Shown piece after piece: positions 12,545 through 25,155 of a stretch of 64,000 nt of DNA. Location: the NCBI GenBank assembly GCA_951406725.2, contig OX597835.1, positions 42,408,001-42,472,000 of the forward strand. Direction: 5' to 3'. The position numbers and the translations under genes were made by a program. Position 1 is the stretch's first letter; every line of letters starts with the position of its first letter. Source of the stretch: Octopus vulgaris (Eukaryota). The notes under the pieces were generated by a model. The model was not told where the DNA came from. It saw only the letters and a list, made by a program, of their open reading frames with translations, and ran no database searches.

Positions 12545-14672
12545 AAATATATTATCAGGAGTGGAGAAAAAAACAAAAAAACAGGAATTAGTAGTAACAA
12601 ACAAGACGTGCGGTCGGGGTGGAGAATGATCTGAAACTCCTCCCCAATTTTTTTCCCCTAAATTTCATGAACACAATCGTAATCTACAGCCCCAAAAACT
12701 TCAATTTGCAAAGAAAAAGTATGCATTTTTTCAAAGAAAGAATGTCGGTGTGTGGTGGTAGTAGTAAACGATAGTTCTGCCAAAACTCTTCACTATTCTT
12801 CAAACGGAAGCACGAGTACGTCACTGTTCTTTTTGCCTTCCACTCGACGAACTCGCTAGCAAATTGGACAGGTTTTCCATGACACATCTCGCCCGCGGTT
12901 TTCTGGATTCTTGTTAAATTAAACCCAGTTCTTCTCACTCCCCGGTTAGACTGGTAAATACTGCAGCTACTTTGTGCATATCTCTGACATTTCTGTTGTG
13001 GTTATAAGAGATACCAAACATGTCATCAAAGCTATCGATGTCTCAGTAGTACTTAAATACGAATGTTCCTTAACAGTACTACCTAACTACAGGTGCCACG
13101 TACAAAAAACACTTTAAATGTACGCTGTGTGGACATGTAATTACACCCTTATCCGAACAACTAAATCTCCCCTTCATATCGTTACGTAGATGCCTCCTCA
13201 ACTCTCTGTATTTAAGTAGTGTAAAAAAATATCAAACTCAACGTTTCTTAAATTACCTTACATCTTTCCTCCCTCTGAAAATAATTCTTGGTAATTTCCT
13301 ATTTTACGTTCGTAAAATCAACTCACGGCAGATTGCATCAACCAACACAAATATTCTTGTTGCACTGAACCCCAAGAAAAAAATGTCAGAGAGAGAAGTC
13401 GTAGGCCCACCAGTATAATAGAAGGATAATAATATTGTAGAAACTGAGATGGCTGTTTTCAAACCAACAGACTTCACGAATGCTCGCTTTGTTTGCACGT
13501 ATTCAAGTTCCACATTTGACCTCTATCTATATAAGTCCACACTGGGCACAAGTGAAAATGCTTCTTATAACCCACAGCGGGCACACCAAGCAATACAACT
13601 TTGAATCTAACAAAAATCAAGCAAGTGTTGTAATAGTATGCCCTTCATTGTTAATAAGCTGATCTCTAAGTATTTCATTGGGGTTTCACAATAAGACGAA
13701 GTGCAGGAGGGCGCCCACGAGTCATGCTAATCCCAGTTGAAATGAAACGGAAAATAAAATTCGATTTTACGACCGTCAAATAGAAAATAACCTAATTCGA
13801 TAATTTCACTTTTGGTGAAGTTGTCCAATACGTAAACATTGACCTGAAATACAAAACAGAAGGGACCACAGACTAACGACATCCTGGAACCCTTAAATGC
13901 CAATAAAAATTCGAAAATATGGGATTTCATTGTTTATAAAATATACTCTAAAACGGTAACTGAGTCAATATTAATTAGTCTAAGTAACTACAAGCTCCCT
14001 CATTGACTCAAAGCAATAATTTACTCTGTGGAATCCTCTGATATCTTCCAAACTACCATAGAATGGAAATTAACAGAGTTTAATTAATTGTAGGAGCTAC
14101 TTACGTGAAATGGTGATTTGTTTTGCCATTTGGGTGAAAGTCGTTGTTTTGTACATATTTGATAACTTTACCTTTTATTTTTAAGAAGATTAAAAAAAAG
14201 ACAACGAATTTCTCGCCTTTTTTCTTTTATGCAAAAGTGGAAATATTGTCTGTATTTCCACCAAACATGCAAGGTTGCTGCCACCACCATTGTCAACATC
14301 TCACACTTTTGCCATCGAAGACACAATGTCTTTTATTTTATTTTATTCCTATTTTCTCAAATGGTGCCTCAGCAAAAAAAATTTCAGAAATTAAAAAAAG
14401 AAAACGGAACCCCTCCCCCACCGAAAAGACCATTCTATCCCAAAATTGAGCGAAATCGTGAGCAAAATTATAGAATAGTAAATGGTTACCTTATGGAAAA
14501 AGAAAAGAGCAAATAATTCGGCCAGTTTCCCCCATCCATCACCATTACTAATTTTACTATTCTTGTATTTCAAACAACGGGATTTAAGATTCTAAAAGAA
14601 TATTTTGGACAAATTTTTAGTATTATATTATTTCATTTTGAAAATGAAATTTGTTTCTCTTATAGTTTTTGG

Positions 14673-14955
14673 GGTACTATTTAAGAAGAGTGGTCCCGGT
14701 GCGCGCACTCGCTTAGCTAGTCGTGACTAGTCGATCCTTACTTTGTGTTTTTTTTTGTTTAAAAAAATTATTTACTTCGTGTTTTGTATTTTATTTGCGT
14801 AAAAAAATATTTATTTTGTTTTATTTGCGTAAAAAAATTATTTATTTTGTGTTTTATTTACTTTTCTAGGTAGTCGTTGTAGGATCGACTAGTCACGACT
14901 AGCTAGCACGGATGCGTGAGTGCGCGCACTGGGACCACTCATCTTAAGTAGTGCC
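14673..14955. mobile_element. Merlin-like MITE family 2 (bipartite inverted repeats)
   Basis: TIR gg(t/c)acta(t/c)ttaaga(a/t)gagtggtccc(g/a)gtgcgcgcactc; inner perfect 25-bp IR at 14714-14738 / 14881-14905; 8-bp TSD gtttttgg / gtctttgg. Confidence 0.8.
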
Positions 14956-15360
14956 GTCTTTGGTGTATTTGGAACAAATGTGACCAACATAAACCATCGG
15001 AAACCATTCGTTCTTTTGGCAAAATTTCACCTTCAAAGTAAAATGGAGATGATGGTGAAAATTTACTGTATTATTTCCAAGAATTTCAATGTATTTTTTA
15101 TGCTTTTACAATCGTGCCCTTACACAGGAGGTAGTGATTGCCATTTTAAAACACGAAATTAAAGATAGGCATATTTCCCTGGTGTCCATGCATCGTATAT
15201 GATCCACATTCAAGTTTTTTTTTTTCAACCACTAGAGAAAGGACTCAAAGGAAAGCTTTATATTGCTCAAAATGTATGAAACAGGAGTTAACTAAAACCC
15301 TAAAAACAAGCATGGACGTTTAGGACAAACTTATAAACATGCTTTCGACAAAGAGTTAAC

Positions 15361-15830
15361 TCACAAAAATCCATCCAGCAGCCATTTTCTCTGCTCGCTA
15401 TTCTTTGGAGGTTCGGAGTCCTCAGGAACCTTTTCCATCGGGTTCTTATCAGAAGCAACAATCATTAGACTTTCCGTTTGGATTACCAAGTCTGACCAAC
15501 TGAGACTTTGGGATATTATCCATCTCGTTTTTGGTCTACCCCAGGGTCTTTTACCGGTTGTCTTGGCTTGAAGAAGCCGTCTTGTGATTGTATTCCTGCT
15601 CAATTCTAATCCCATGTCTGTAATACCGGAGCTGTAACCTCTCAATGCAGAGAAGCAGCGGCTCAACTTGATATTTGCAGACAACATTGATTCATAAGGT
15701 GATCTCCAGCACTAAATGGATTCGGTGCAAGGTGAAGATGGGAATTGGTGTTGTAAAGACCGGGGCATTGGTCTTCTCAGGAAAGTTTTTGCAGTGCTCT
15801 CTGCATTTTAGTGGAACATCGCTGAGATAA
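15361..15830 (-). mobile_element. Degraded RTE (Expander-like) LINE 3' fragment
   Basis: ORF 15361..15687 contains 'ITRRLLQAKTTGKRPWGRPKTRW'. Confidence 0.65.
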
Positions 15831-16020
15831 ATGGACAAATAAAACGTAAATTCCGGGAACAGAAGTAAAAACGAATCTACGTTAAAAGAAAATATCATCA
15901 CAGGAAATAAAGTTAAAGAAAACAAATTACAATAAACAGTTACATATTTAAATATCTTGAATAAAGGCAAAAACTATTGCTGTTCTCTCAGCCATAAATA
16001 TGTCTTCAGATTATGATGCC

Positions 16021-16200
16021 TTTGAAAACGAATCTTCGGGTTTTTACGTCCTCGAAAACGAATCTTCGGCTTTTTACGTCCTCGAAAACGAATCTTCGGC
16101 TTTTTACGTCCTCGAAAACGAATCTTCGGCTTTTTACGTCCTCGAAAACGAATCTTCGGCTTTTTACGCCCTCAAAATCGAATATTCGGATTCTTACGTC
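16021..16200. repeat. 30-bp minisatellite, about 6 units (ctcgaaaacgaatcttcggctttttacgtc)
   Basis: Directly visible; central units near-identical, flanking units degenerate. Confidence 0.95.
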
Positions 16201-16270
16201 TTGGAGGAAAAAAAAAAAGATGGTGCCCCAGCATGACAACAGCTTTCAAGCTTAAAAAATTAAAGATTTA

Positions 16271-16703
16271 GGATCTTTTCGGTTTGAACGGCAGTTTTTT
16301 TAAAATGAATTTCTTGGTAACTAAACACTTTTAAACTTCGTATACTGGTAGAATGTGTTTATAAAACATCTTTTTCTCTTGGCTTTATTGAGAAAATTCT
16401 ATCGTTTGTAAGATATTTGTTGTTTTTTTTTCCTTCAATTTCTGCAATTTCAACCAATCAATGACGTCTATTGAGTTGAAAACATTCTGTGCCGTATGAA
16501 TATGTCCCTCGTTTAAGAAACAGATTGGGTTTATTTACATTTCTGAAGAAAAAAAGATGCCCTTTCCCCCACCCCTAACCCTAACCATAACTCTAACCCT
16601 AAAACAGATTGAAATGCAATAGATCGATACTAGGGTCATAATTATGGGTGACAATTTCATATGACACTGCTAGAAAAAACTGCCGTTCAAATTGAAAAGA
16701 TCC
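16271..16703. mobile_element. Merlin-like MITE family 1, complete copy
   Basis: TIR ggatcttttcggtttgaacggcagtttttt / aaaaaactgccgttcaaattgaaaagatcc; perfect TSD aagattta (16263-16270, 16704-16711). Confidence 0.9.
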
Positions 16704-17219
16704 AAGATTTATACTAATAAATTAATAAAAATTCAAATTGCCCCAAAATTTTGTTCTTAACTAGTTTTTGAAAAAAAAAGAAATGTTATGGGGATCTTCA
16801 ATTCATTAAATTTTGTTCCAATTGTTTTCAAATTTGGTGTACTGATGTAGTTTTGTATGCTAATTAAGAAAATGAAATTCATTTTTGCAATAAATTAAGA
16901 AAAAAAAAGTTAATAGTTTTTAAAGTTTGAAAATTGTGGCTAATTTTAAACCAATCAAAAGCTGCTGAGATATTGGCGCCTATTTCCATAGCAACAAGCC
17001 AAAGCATCGTCTGCTCAAAACTCCAACCATGTGTATTGTCTTTACTTGTCTACTTTTTTGGACAAGTGTCTATTTTCTGAACGTTTGTACCTCATTTTGT
17101 CATTTTTACCTGTTTTTTTTTTTTTTGAGAACTGGATGGTTATTTCTAGTTGCTATCCTTTTCACAATTTTGAACTGTGTGTTTTCCTGAACCTTTTCAA
17201 CCTAAATAGAGATGTGACC

Positions 17220-18215
17220 ACAGCCAACTCTTTTAACCTTCTGAATATGATGGAGAAATGGAAAACTGAGGAGGATGTGGTTTCTTACTTGCAAGAATTT
17301 GTTATCCTTAAAAGAAAATTATTTACCAAACGACACTATATCAACAAAAGATTCTTCAAGGGAAAATTTACTGGCGGTGCTCCCAAAACGGATGCAATGA
17401 GTGTATGTCTGTCGGAAAAGATACATGGTAAGAAGGGGCCACCCTTCCTCATAGGACTGTACTGCTTCTTTTCTTTTACTTATGGGTCAAGGAATTGACA
17501 TCAGTCCAGTTTTGTGTTGAAGAACTTGGGATGAGCCACTGCACAACTGCTGATTATGACACCTATGATTGTGAAATATGAGCGGAGAAGCTGCTCCAAC
17601 TGAGTTCAGACAGGCATTCTTATGGAGATTGCTGAGATAGACCAGTGCTCTGCAGCTCTTTTTCACTTGAGGTACACTTATATTTTTTCAAAATTTGGTG
17701 GCACACCTGAACTAAAAATGTAAGGAAAAGTATAGGGAAAAAAGTATATTCAGGTTACACTGTAACATACCTAGCCTCGTCTCATGGCACAACCTTTTCC
17801 ATTTGCGGTACACTTATATTCTTTTCAAAATTTGGCAGCACACCTGAACAAAAAATATAACTAAAAGTATAGGAAACAAAATAATATTCAAGTTACACTG
17901 CAGCACACCTAGCACTGTCTCATGGCACACCAGGGAGTCGTGGCACACCAGATGCAGAGTACTGAGATAGACAAAAGAGTTTTCTCAAGAGGTAACTAAA
18001 ACTGAAGAAGGGTGCTTGCTACCTGAGCAGTGGGTTTTTCGGAGGAGTGTGTCAAGAGAAGAGACGTGTTTTTCTTTATGTGGTGTCATGTAGGAATTAT
18101 GACACTCTAAGGGAATGTATATGCCAGACAGTTCTTCCAGGAACCACAATTTTTAATGACTTGTGGAAGGTCTACTCTCTCATTTCTGAAATTAATGGTT
18201 TTACAGCCATCAATT
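17220..18215 (+). pseudogene. Merlin / IS1016-IS1595 (ISXO2-like) DDE transposase pseudogene
   Basis: Manual translation across frameshifts: KTEEDVVSYLQE..; FFYLWVKELTSVQFCVEELGMSHCTTADY; EIDKRVFSR; PEQWVF-GGVC; TLRECICQTVLPGTTIFNDLWKVY (compare Merlin VEIDES, QWVFGG, PGTTIISDCWKAY). Interrupted by a hAT MITE. Confidence 0.8.
17643..17964. mobile_element. hAT MITE inserted into the Merlin transposase
   Basis: TIR cagtgctctgca / tgcagagtactg; perfect 8-bp TSD agatagac; internal duplicated unit of about 130 bp. Confidence 0.9.
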
Positions 18216-18222
18216 CAACATA

Positions 18223-18520
18223 GGCGCAGGAGTGGCTGTGTGGTAAGTAGCTTGCTTACCAACCGCATAGTTCCGAGTTCATTCCCACTGTGTGGTACCC
18301 TGAGCAAGTGTCTTCTACTATAGTCTCAGGCCGACCAAAGCCTTATGAGTGGGTTTGGCAGACGGAAACTGAAAGAAGCCCGTTGTATATAAGTATATAT
18401 ATATGTATGTGTGTGTATATGTTTCTGTATCTGTTTGTCCCCCCAACATTGCTTGACAACCGATGGTAGTGTGTTTACGTCCCTGTAACTTAGTGGTTCA
18501 GCAAAAGGAGACCGATAGAA
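18223..18520 (+). mobile_element. SINE family B (3'-truncated)
   Basis: Same head and body as 8662-9048 and 60354-60785. Confidence 0.85.
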
Positions 18521-18810
18521 GCAAAAATCTTTACATACATACATATATATACTAACCCAGCACATAATATCCCTAGATACTATTGTTGTTGTTAACGTCC
18601 AACCAATCCAGCTGACCACCACAAGCGATCCATATAGATCAAGCATTACCTGTTAATAAAAGATCCATAAATATATTCTATCCAACATCGGTTTTTGAGT
18701 TGTGATTCTCTTTCTCTCTTTGCAGATAGAGAGCTGTTGTATTTGTTGTAGCTCCTGTTGACCTCTAACCATATGTATGTATATATATATGTATATACAC
18801 ACATATATAT

Positions 18811-18882
<72 letters not shown>

Positions 18883-19282
18883 GTATATACGCACACTCAT
18901 GCATATTCATACATACAGGCCATACAGGCATATCTCAGCTTACAGTGTTAATAGGTCCCAAGAGATGTGCCTTAACTGGAAAAATGATGCAACAGGTAAA
19001 AACATTCAAAAGATTTTTTTCAGGTGAGATGTGTTTTAATAAATGTTTTACAAGTGTTTCCAAATGTATTTTTTGTTTGATTTGATTTTTTACTTCAGTA
19101 TTGGTTTTTAGGTGTTTTTTTAAAAAAATTTTATGCTTTTAAATATGTTTGCTGAGGTTAATGCAAAGATGGAGATATCGACTGAGTTTAAGTTGGTTTT
19201 TTTTTTCTCCATTAATTTCGAGAAGGAAAATGATGAACAGTGAAAAAAAAAACTTGAAATGACATAGGTTGAGATATATACA

Positions 19283-19335
<53 letters not shown>

Positions 19336-19336
19336 C

Positions 19337-19367
<31 letters not shown>

Positions 19368-19432
19368 ATCTATCTCTCTACCTATCTATCTATCTTTCTA
19401 TCTATCTATCTATATATATATCTGTCTATCTG

Positions 19433-19467
<35 letters not shown>

Positions 19468-19861
19468 GCTTACCTGCCTGCCTGTCTACCTACCTGCCTA
19501 CACACCTACCTACCTACCTACATATCCATCTATCTATTTGTTTGTCTATCTAGCTGAAGACAGCAAATACACACACGCGCGCACACACACACACATATAT
19601 ATACATGCACACACACATACACATACATATAGTTCAAATTTACAGAAAAGGAAAGATGAAGACAGGTGAAGGAACATCAGGCAGGTAAATATATATTAGT
19701 TAAATGCCTCAGGAAGAATGGAAAAGTCTTTGACATTTTGAGCGTATACTCTTTGACAGAAAGGATTGAGAGGAAAAAATGGGGAAAACGAAAAGACAGA
19801 GAGAGAAAAAAATATGTAGGGATTAATGGTTTGATTATAACGCACATACTCACACACACAT

Positions 19862-19897
<36 letters not shown>

Positions 19898-20052
19898 GTT
19901 TAGCGTCCGTTTTCCATGCTAGCATGGGTTGGACGGTTCTACTGGGGTCTGTGAAGCCAGAAGGCTTCATCAGGCCCAGTCAAATCTGGCAGTGTTTCTA
20001 TGGCTGGATGCCCTTCCTAACACATATACATATACATATATACACACACATA

Positions 20053-21530
20053 AGGTGATGACTGGCAGAATCATTAGAGTACCAAATGCTTTGTGGCATT
20101 TCTTCTGATTTCATGTTCTGAGTTCAAATTCTGCTCAGGTTGTCTTTGCCTCTTCTCCTTTTGGGGCTGATAAAATTTCAGGCCTTGTGCCAATAAAAGA
20201 AAGCATTGTTGTAGTTATCCTTCTTCTTCTTCTTCTTCTAATTATTATTATTATTATTAAGGTGGTGAGCTGGCAGAATCGTTAGCATACCAGACAATAT
20301 GCTTAGCAGCATTCCATCCATTTTTATGTTCTGAGTTCAAATTCTGCCAAGGTTAGCTTTACCTTTCATCCTTTCAAGGTCAATTAAATAACTACCAGTC
20401 GAGTACTGGGGGGGGGGGGGTCGTCGATGTAACTGACTTATCCCCTCCCCCAAAATTTCAGGCCTTGTGCTTATAGTAGAAAGGATTATTATTATTATTA
20501 TTGTTGTTGTTGTTGTTGTTGTTGTCATCATTAAGGTGGTGAGTTGCCAGAACTGTTGGCAAGTTGGACAAAATGCCTAGCAACGTTTCGTCAGTCTCTA
20601 TGTTCTGGGTTCAAATTCTGCCAAGATCAACTCTGCTGCTGCTGCTGCTGCTGATGATGATGATGATGATAGCCTTTTCACTTTCTACCATAGGCACAAG
20701 GCCTGAAACTTTGGTGGGAGGGGACAGTCAATTACATTGACCCCAGTATATAACTGGTATCTATTTCATCGCCACCCAAAGGATAAAAAGCAAAGTTGAC
20801 TTCAGTGGGATTTGAACCCAGAATGTAAGGATAGATGAGATGCTGTTAAGCATTTGGCTTCCTGTGCTAATGATTCTGCCAGCTTGCCACCTTTGTGATG
20901 CTAATAATAACAATAATAATAATAAAAATGGATTCAAGTTTTGGCCCAAGACAAGCAATTTCAATGGGAGCTACATTGACCCCCAGCATTCAACTGGTAC
21001 TTAATGTATCAACCCTGAAAAGACAATTGGTGCCGTATTTGGACTCAGAATGTGAAGAACCAGAAGAAATACTGCTGAGCATTTTGTTCAACGAGCTAAC
21101 GATTCTGCCATAATGGTCTCTGGTTTAGAGTCGAAACAGGAGAGATTAGTTGATGCTATCGGTCCCTGTACAAGGCCGGTACTTTATTTTATTGACCCTG
21201 AAAGGATGAAAGGCAGAACAGGATTTGAACTTAAAGAGCATGAAGAAATACCTATTTCTTTTACTACCCACAAGGGGATAAACATAGAGGGAACAAACAA
21301 GGACAGACGAACGGAATAAATCGGTTACATCGACCCCAATGCGTAACTGGTACTTAATTTATCGACCCCGAAAGGATGAAAGGCAAAGTTGACCTCGGCG
21401 GAATTTGAACTCAGAACGTAATGGCAGACGAAATACGGCTACGCATTTCGCCCAGCGTGCTAACGTTTCTGCCAGCTCGCATGAAGAAATACCACAAGGC
21501 AATTTGTCTGAGGAATTCCTGTTAAGATGA
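20053..21530. mobile_element. Cluster of SINE family A copies in both orientations; young full copy 21253-21480 (minus) with 15-bp TSD
   Basis: Repeated SINE A motifs; TSD gcatgaagaaatacc at 21238-21252 and 21479-21493. Confidence 0.85.
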
Positions 21531-22327
21531 TGTATTTTGCCCGAGAACACATTAATTTTCTTTGTCTGTTAACTCGTGTCTATTTTATTGGTATTTTTAA
21601 TGCCAGTCACAGAGTCTTCATCGTTTAGTGCATACGTACCTGGCAATATAGATTTTTATTGCAGCTGACTGCATTAGTCTCTCAGCCTTTATTTACAGCT
21701 CGAAGATCCACAGATTCTTGAACTAAACATCAAAGCAACAATTTATTTTAGAATTCTAACACAAGACAAGCAAAGAAATGATTAAGAAAAAATGAAATCT
21801 CTTTAATTATCCGAAATCTAAAGAATTCATTGTTTTGTTGTTATACATAAATACATAATTCATATCTTGACACTGTTTAGCAGAGAATTTCTTTTGAGTT
21901 TGTTTTTGTATGAATATCTTTTCATGTAATCGAAATCATTTAAAATCCGAAGACAGCCAGAACAAGGAATTAATTGTCACTAATAGTCTGGTGTCCAAGA
22001 TGCACTTCAAACATCTAACACTGAGTTCCAGTCGCACATACAAACATGTATATCTTTTATCTTTTACGTGTTTCAGTCATTAGGCTCCGGCCATACTGGA
22101 GCACTGCCTTGAAGAATTTTTAGGAGACTGAATCAACTCTAGTACTTTTTTTTTATTTTTAAAGTCTGGTACTTCTTCTAGTGGTTGTTTTTGCCAAACT
22201 GCTAAGTTATGGGGATGTAAACACACCAACACCAGTTTTCAAGTAGTGGTAGGGGGATAAACACACACACACACACACATATATAGTTAGATAGGTAGAT
22301 AGATATATAATAATAATGATGATGATG

Positions 22328-22368
<41 letters not shown>

Positions 22369-22444
22369 TTGGACTAATAGGTATAAGTTGATTAGTGATT
22401 GGGAGGCATGTCTCTTACCACACAGCCATGATTATATATATATA

Positions 22445-22945
22445 TCATTATCATCATTGTTTAACGTCTGCTTTCCCTGCTAGCATGGGTTGGATGATTT
22501 GGCTGGGGACTGGGGAACCAGATGGCTGCACCAGGCTCCAATCTGATCTGGCAGAGTTTCTACTGCTGGATGCCCTTCCTAACGTCAACCACTCCGAGAG
22601 TGTAGTGGGTGCTTTTACGTGCCACTGGCACGAGGGCCAGTCAGGCAGTACTGGCAATGGCCATGCTCAAATGGTGATTTTACATGCCACCTGCACAGGA
22701 GCCAGTCCAGCGGTACTGGCAACGACCTCACTCGAATGTTTTTTCATGTGCCAGTAAGGCGATGCTGGTAACGATTACACTTGAATGGTGCTTTTTATGT
22801 GCCATCGGCACGGAAGCCAGTTTGCTGCTCTGGCAACGATCATGCTGGGATGGTGCTCTTAGCGCTTCTCTAGCATGGATGCTGATCATCGAATTTGATT
22901 TCAATTTCACTTGTCTAAACAGGTCTTTGCAAGCAGAGTTTAGTG
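22445..22945 (-). mobile_element. RTE-LINE 3' UTR with minisatellite units
   Basis: Matches 41193-41840; (ATC) tail abuts (TA)n. Confidence 0.85.
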
Positions 22946-22977
22946 TCCAGCAGAGGTTATACATATATATATGTACA

Positions 22978-23270
22978 CAGGGGCGGCCTTAGAAGGTGCA
23001 GGACCTAATTGGGAACAATTTTGGTCGGCCTCAGGTTCCTCGTGAACTTGCACCTTGGAAATTCCCTTCCCCCTACCTCAGAGTTAATTTTTCTCCTTGT
23101 TTTGTTTTCAGGTGCTATCAACTAACCTATGTAGAATTTTTAAAAAACTTCAAGGAGACCATTTTTATGAAATGTTGCCACATAGAATGTGACTTTCTTG
23201 AGCGTGGGGCCCCCTTCGGCATGGGACCCAATTGGGAGCAATCAGTCCAATTGGCTTCAGGCTGGCCCTG
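22978..23270. mobile_element. hAT (Tip100-like) MITE
   Basis: TIR caggggcggcct / aggctggccctg; imperfect TSD tatgtaca / tatgtgta. Confidence 0.6.
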
Positions 23271-23347
23271 TATGTGTATGTATATATATATATATAAAAT
23301 TTCCCATTATATATATATATGTGCTTGTGCCTCTCCGAAAGAGAGAG

Positions 23348-23400
<53 letters not shown>

Positions 23401-23403
<3 letters not shown>

Positions 23404-23586
23404 GGAAAGTTTACGAAAATAAACAAAAGACGAAGGCAGGTGGAGTACAAACAAACAAATGTATTAGTATAGTGCTCAGGAATAGAAATAGAAAAAGTCT
23501 TTTATGTTTCGAGCCTACGCTCTTCGGCAGAAAGATACACAGAAAAAAACAAGAGAGAAAAAAATGCGTGTAGGAGCTAACGATCT

Positions 23587-23590
<4 letters not shown>
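23401..23590 (-). mobile_element. Short PLE-related repeat in (TA)n carrying a hammerhead-like motif (23498-23535)
   Basis: Minus strand reads tcttt-CTGCCGA-a-GAGC-gtag-GCTC-GAAAC-ata-aaaga; homologous copies at 19630-19800 (minus) and 40760-40900 (plus). Confidence 0.6.
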
Positions 23591-23624
<34 letters not shown>

Positions 23625-23953
23625 GGGTTTCTTTCAGTTTCTGTCTACCAAATCCACTCTCAAGGCTTTGGTCAGCCCAAGGCTATAGTAGAAGACACAC
23701 ACTTTGCTCAACATGCCATGCTGTGGGACTGAACCCAGAACCATGTGGCTGTGAAGCAAGCTTCTTACCACACAGCCATGTCTACATCTCTAGTCACAAA
23801 AGTTATAGGTGAGGTTACTCATGGGACTGAGGATGGTAGAGACCAGAAGTGGGGTAAGAAGAAGGGTCATAAAGTGTTTTGACCAGTCAAATGATTTGGT
23901 AACAAACATTACAAATTTTGCCGGGTAACAGATCTACTCTGTGATGTCATCAT

Positions 23954-24334
23954 GGCACTCTGTTGGTTACGACGATGAGGGTTCCAGTTGATCCGATCAC
24001 TGGAACAGCCTGCTCGTGAAATTAAAGTGCAAGTGGCTGAGCACTCCGTAGACACGTGTACCCTTAATGTAGTTCTTGGGGAGATTCAGCGTGACACAGA
24101 GTGTGACAAGGCTGGCCCTTTGAAATACAGGTACAACAGAAACAGGAAGAAAGAGTGAGAAAAAGTTGTGGTGAAGGAGTACTGCAGGGTTCGCCACCAC
24201 CCTCCGGCTGGAGCCTCGTAGAGCTTTTAGGTATTTTCACTCAATAAACACTCAACGTCTGGTCTGGGAATTGAAACCACAATCCTATGACTGCCAGTCT
24301 GCTGCCTGAAATACTGGGCCATTGCGCCTCCACA
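23954..24334 (-). mobile_element. Chimeric SINE (family D head, family C body)
   Basis: Head like 3300-3470; body like 3720-3895. Confidence 0.7.
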
Positions 24335-24704
24335 CTAGTGATGTACAAAATTATTGAACTATAGATTTCTTGAGTGTAAGTCTTTTATAAATATTTACCT
24401 GCATTTTGTGGCTGATGTAATGAGGGTCATTACAGGTGTGGCAGAAAATTTTCAGAGAAGGAACAGATATTGTATGGCGAGGAAGGAAGGCAAATATTAC
24501 AGGGGCTGAGAGAAAAGGGCACACGTTTTGGGGTTGGGGGAAGGGGATACACCTTGTGCAGTTGGGGAAAGTGGGTACAGATTTTGGGGCTAATTGAGGG
24601 TGTTGAATGCACCAGTGTCTGCCATGCATATGCACTATAGTTCAGCAGATTTACATACATACCTTGGCCCTGTAAATCCACATATACTGGACAGTTCTGT
24701 AGCC

Positions 24705-25155
24705 ACACAACACACACACACACATTGGTGTGCATAGACACACATGCATACACACATACACAAACACACACTCACACACATACACATACACATGCACACA
24801 CACAAGTGTGCACACACATGCACACACATACACAAACACATGTGCACATACACATACACACAGAGTACACATACACGCATACACACAGTCACACACACAC
24901 ACACACACACACATACACACACACACATATACACACACAAGAGTGCACATGCGCATACACACACACACACATGCACACACACACATATACACACACAAGA
25001 GTGCACATGCATGCATACACACACATACACAAACACACACATGCACATACACATACACACACATGTACACACAAACACACACACATGCACACACACACAT
25101 GCACACTCACAAACACACACTAGTACGCATACATACACACACATGCATACACACA
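24705..25155. repeat. Degenerate (CA)n microsatellite
   Basis: Directly visible. Confidence 0.95.

Noticed and set aside
17031-17498. 155-aa host CDS
   Set aside because: It starts at GTG in low-complexity sequence and overlaps the decayed Merlin transposase.
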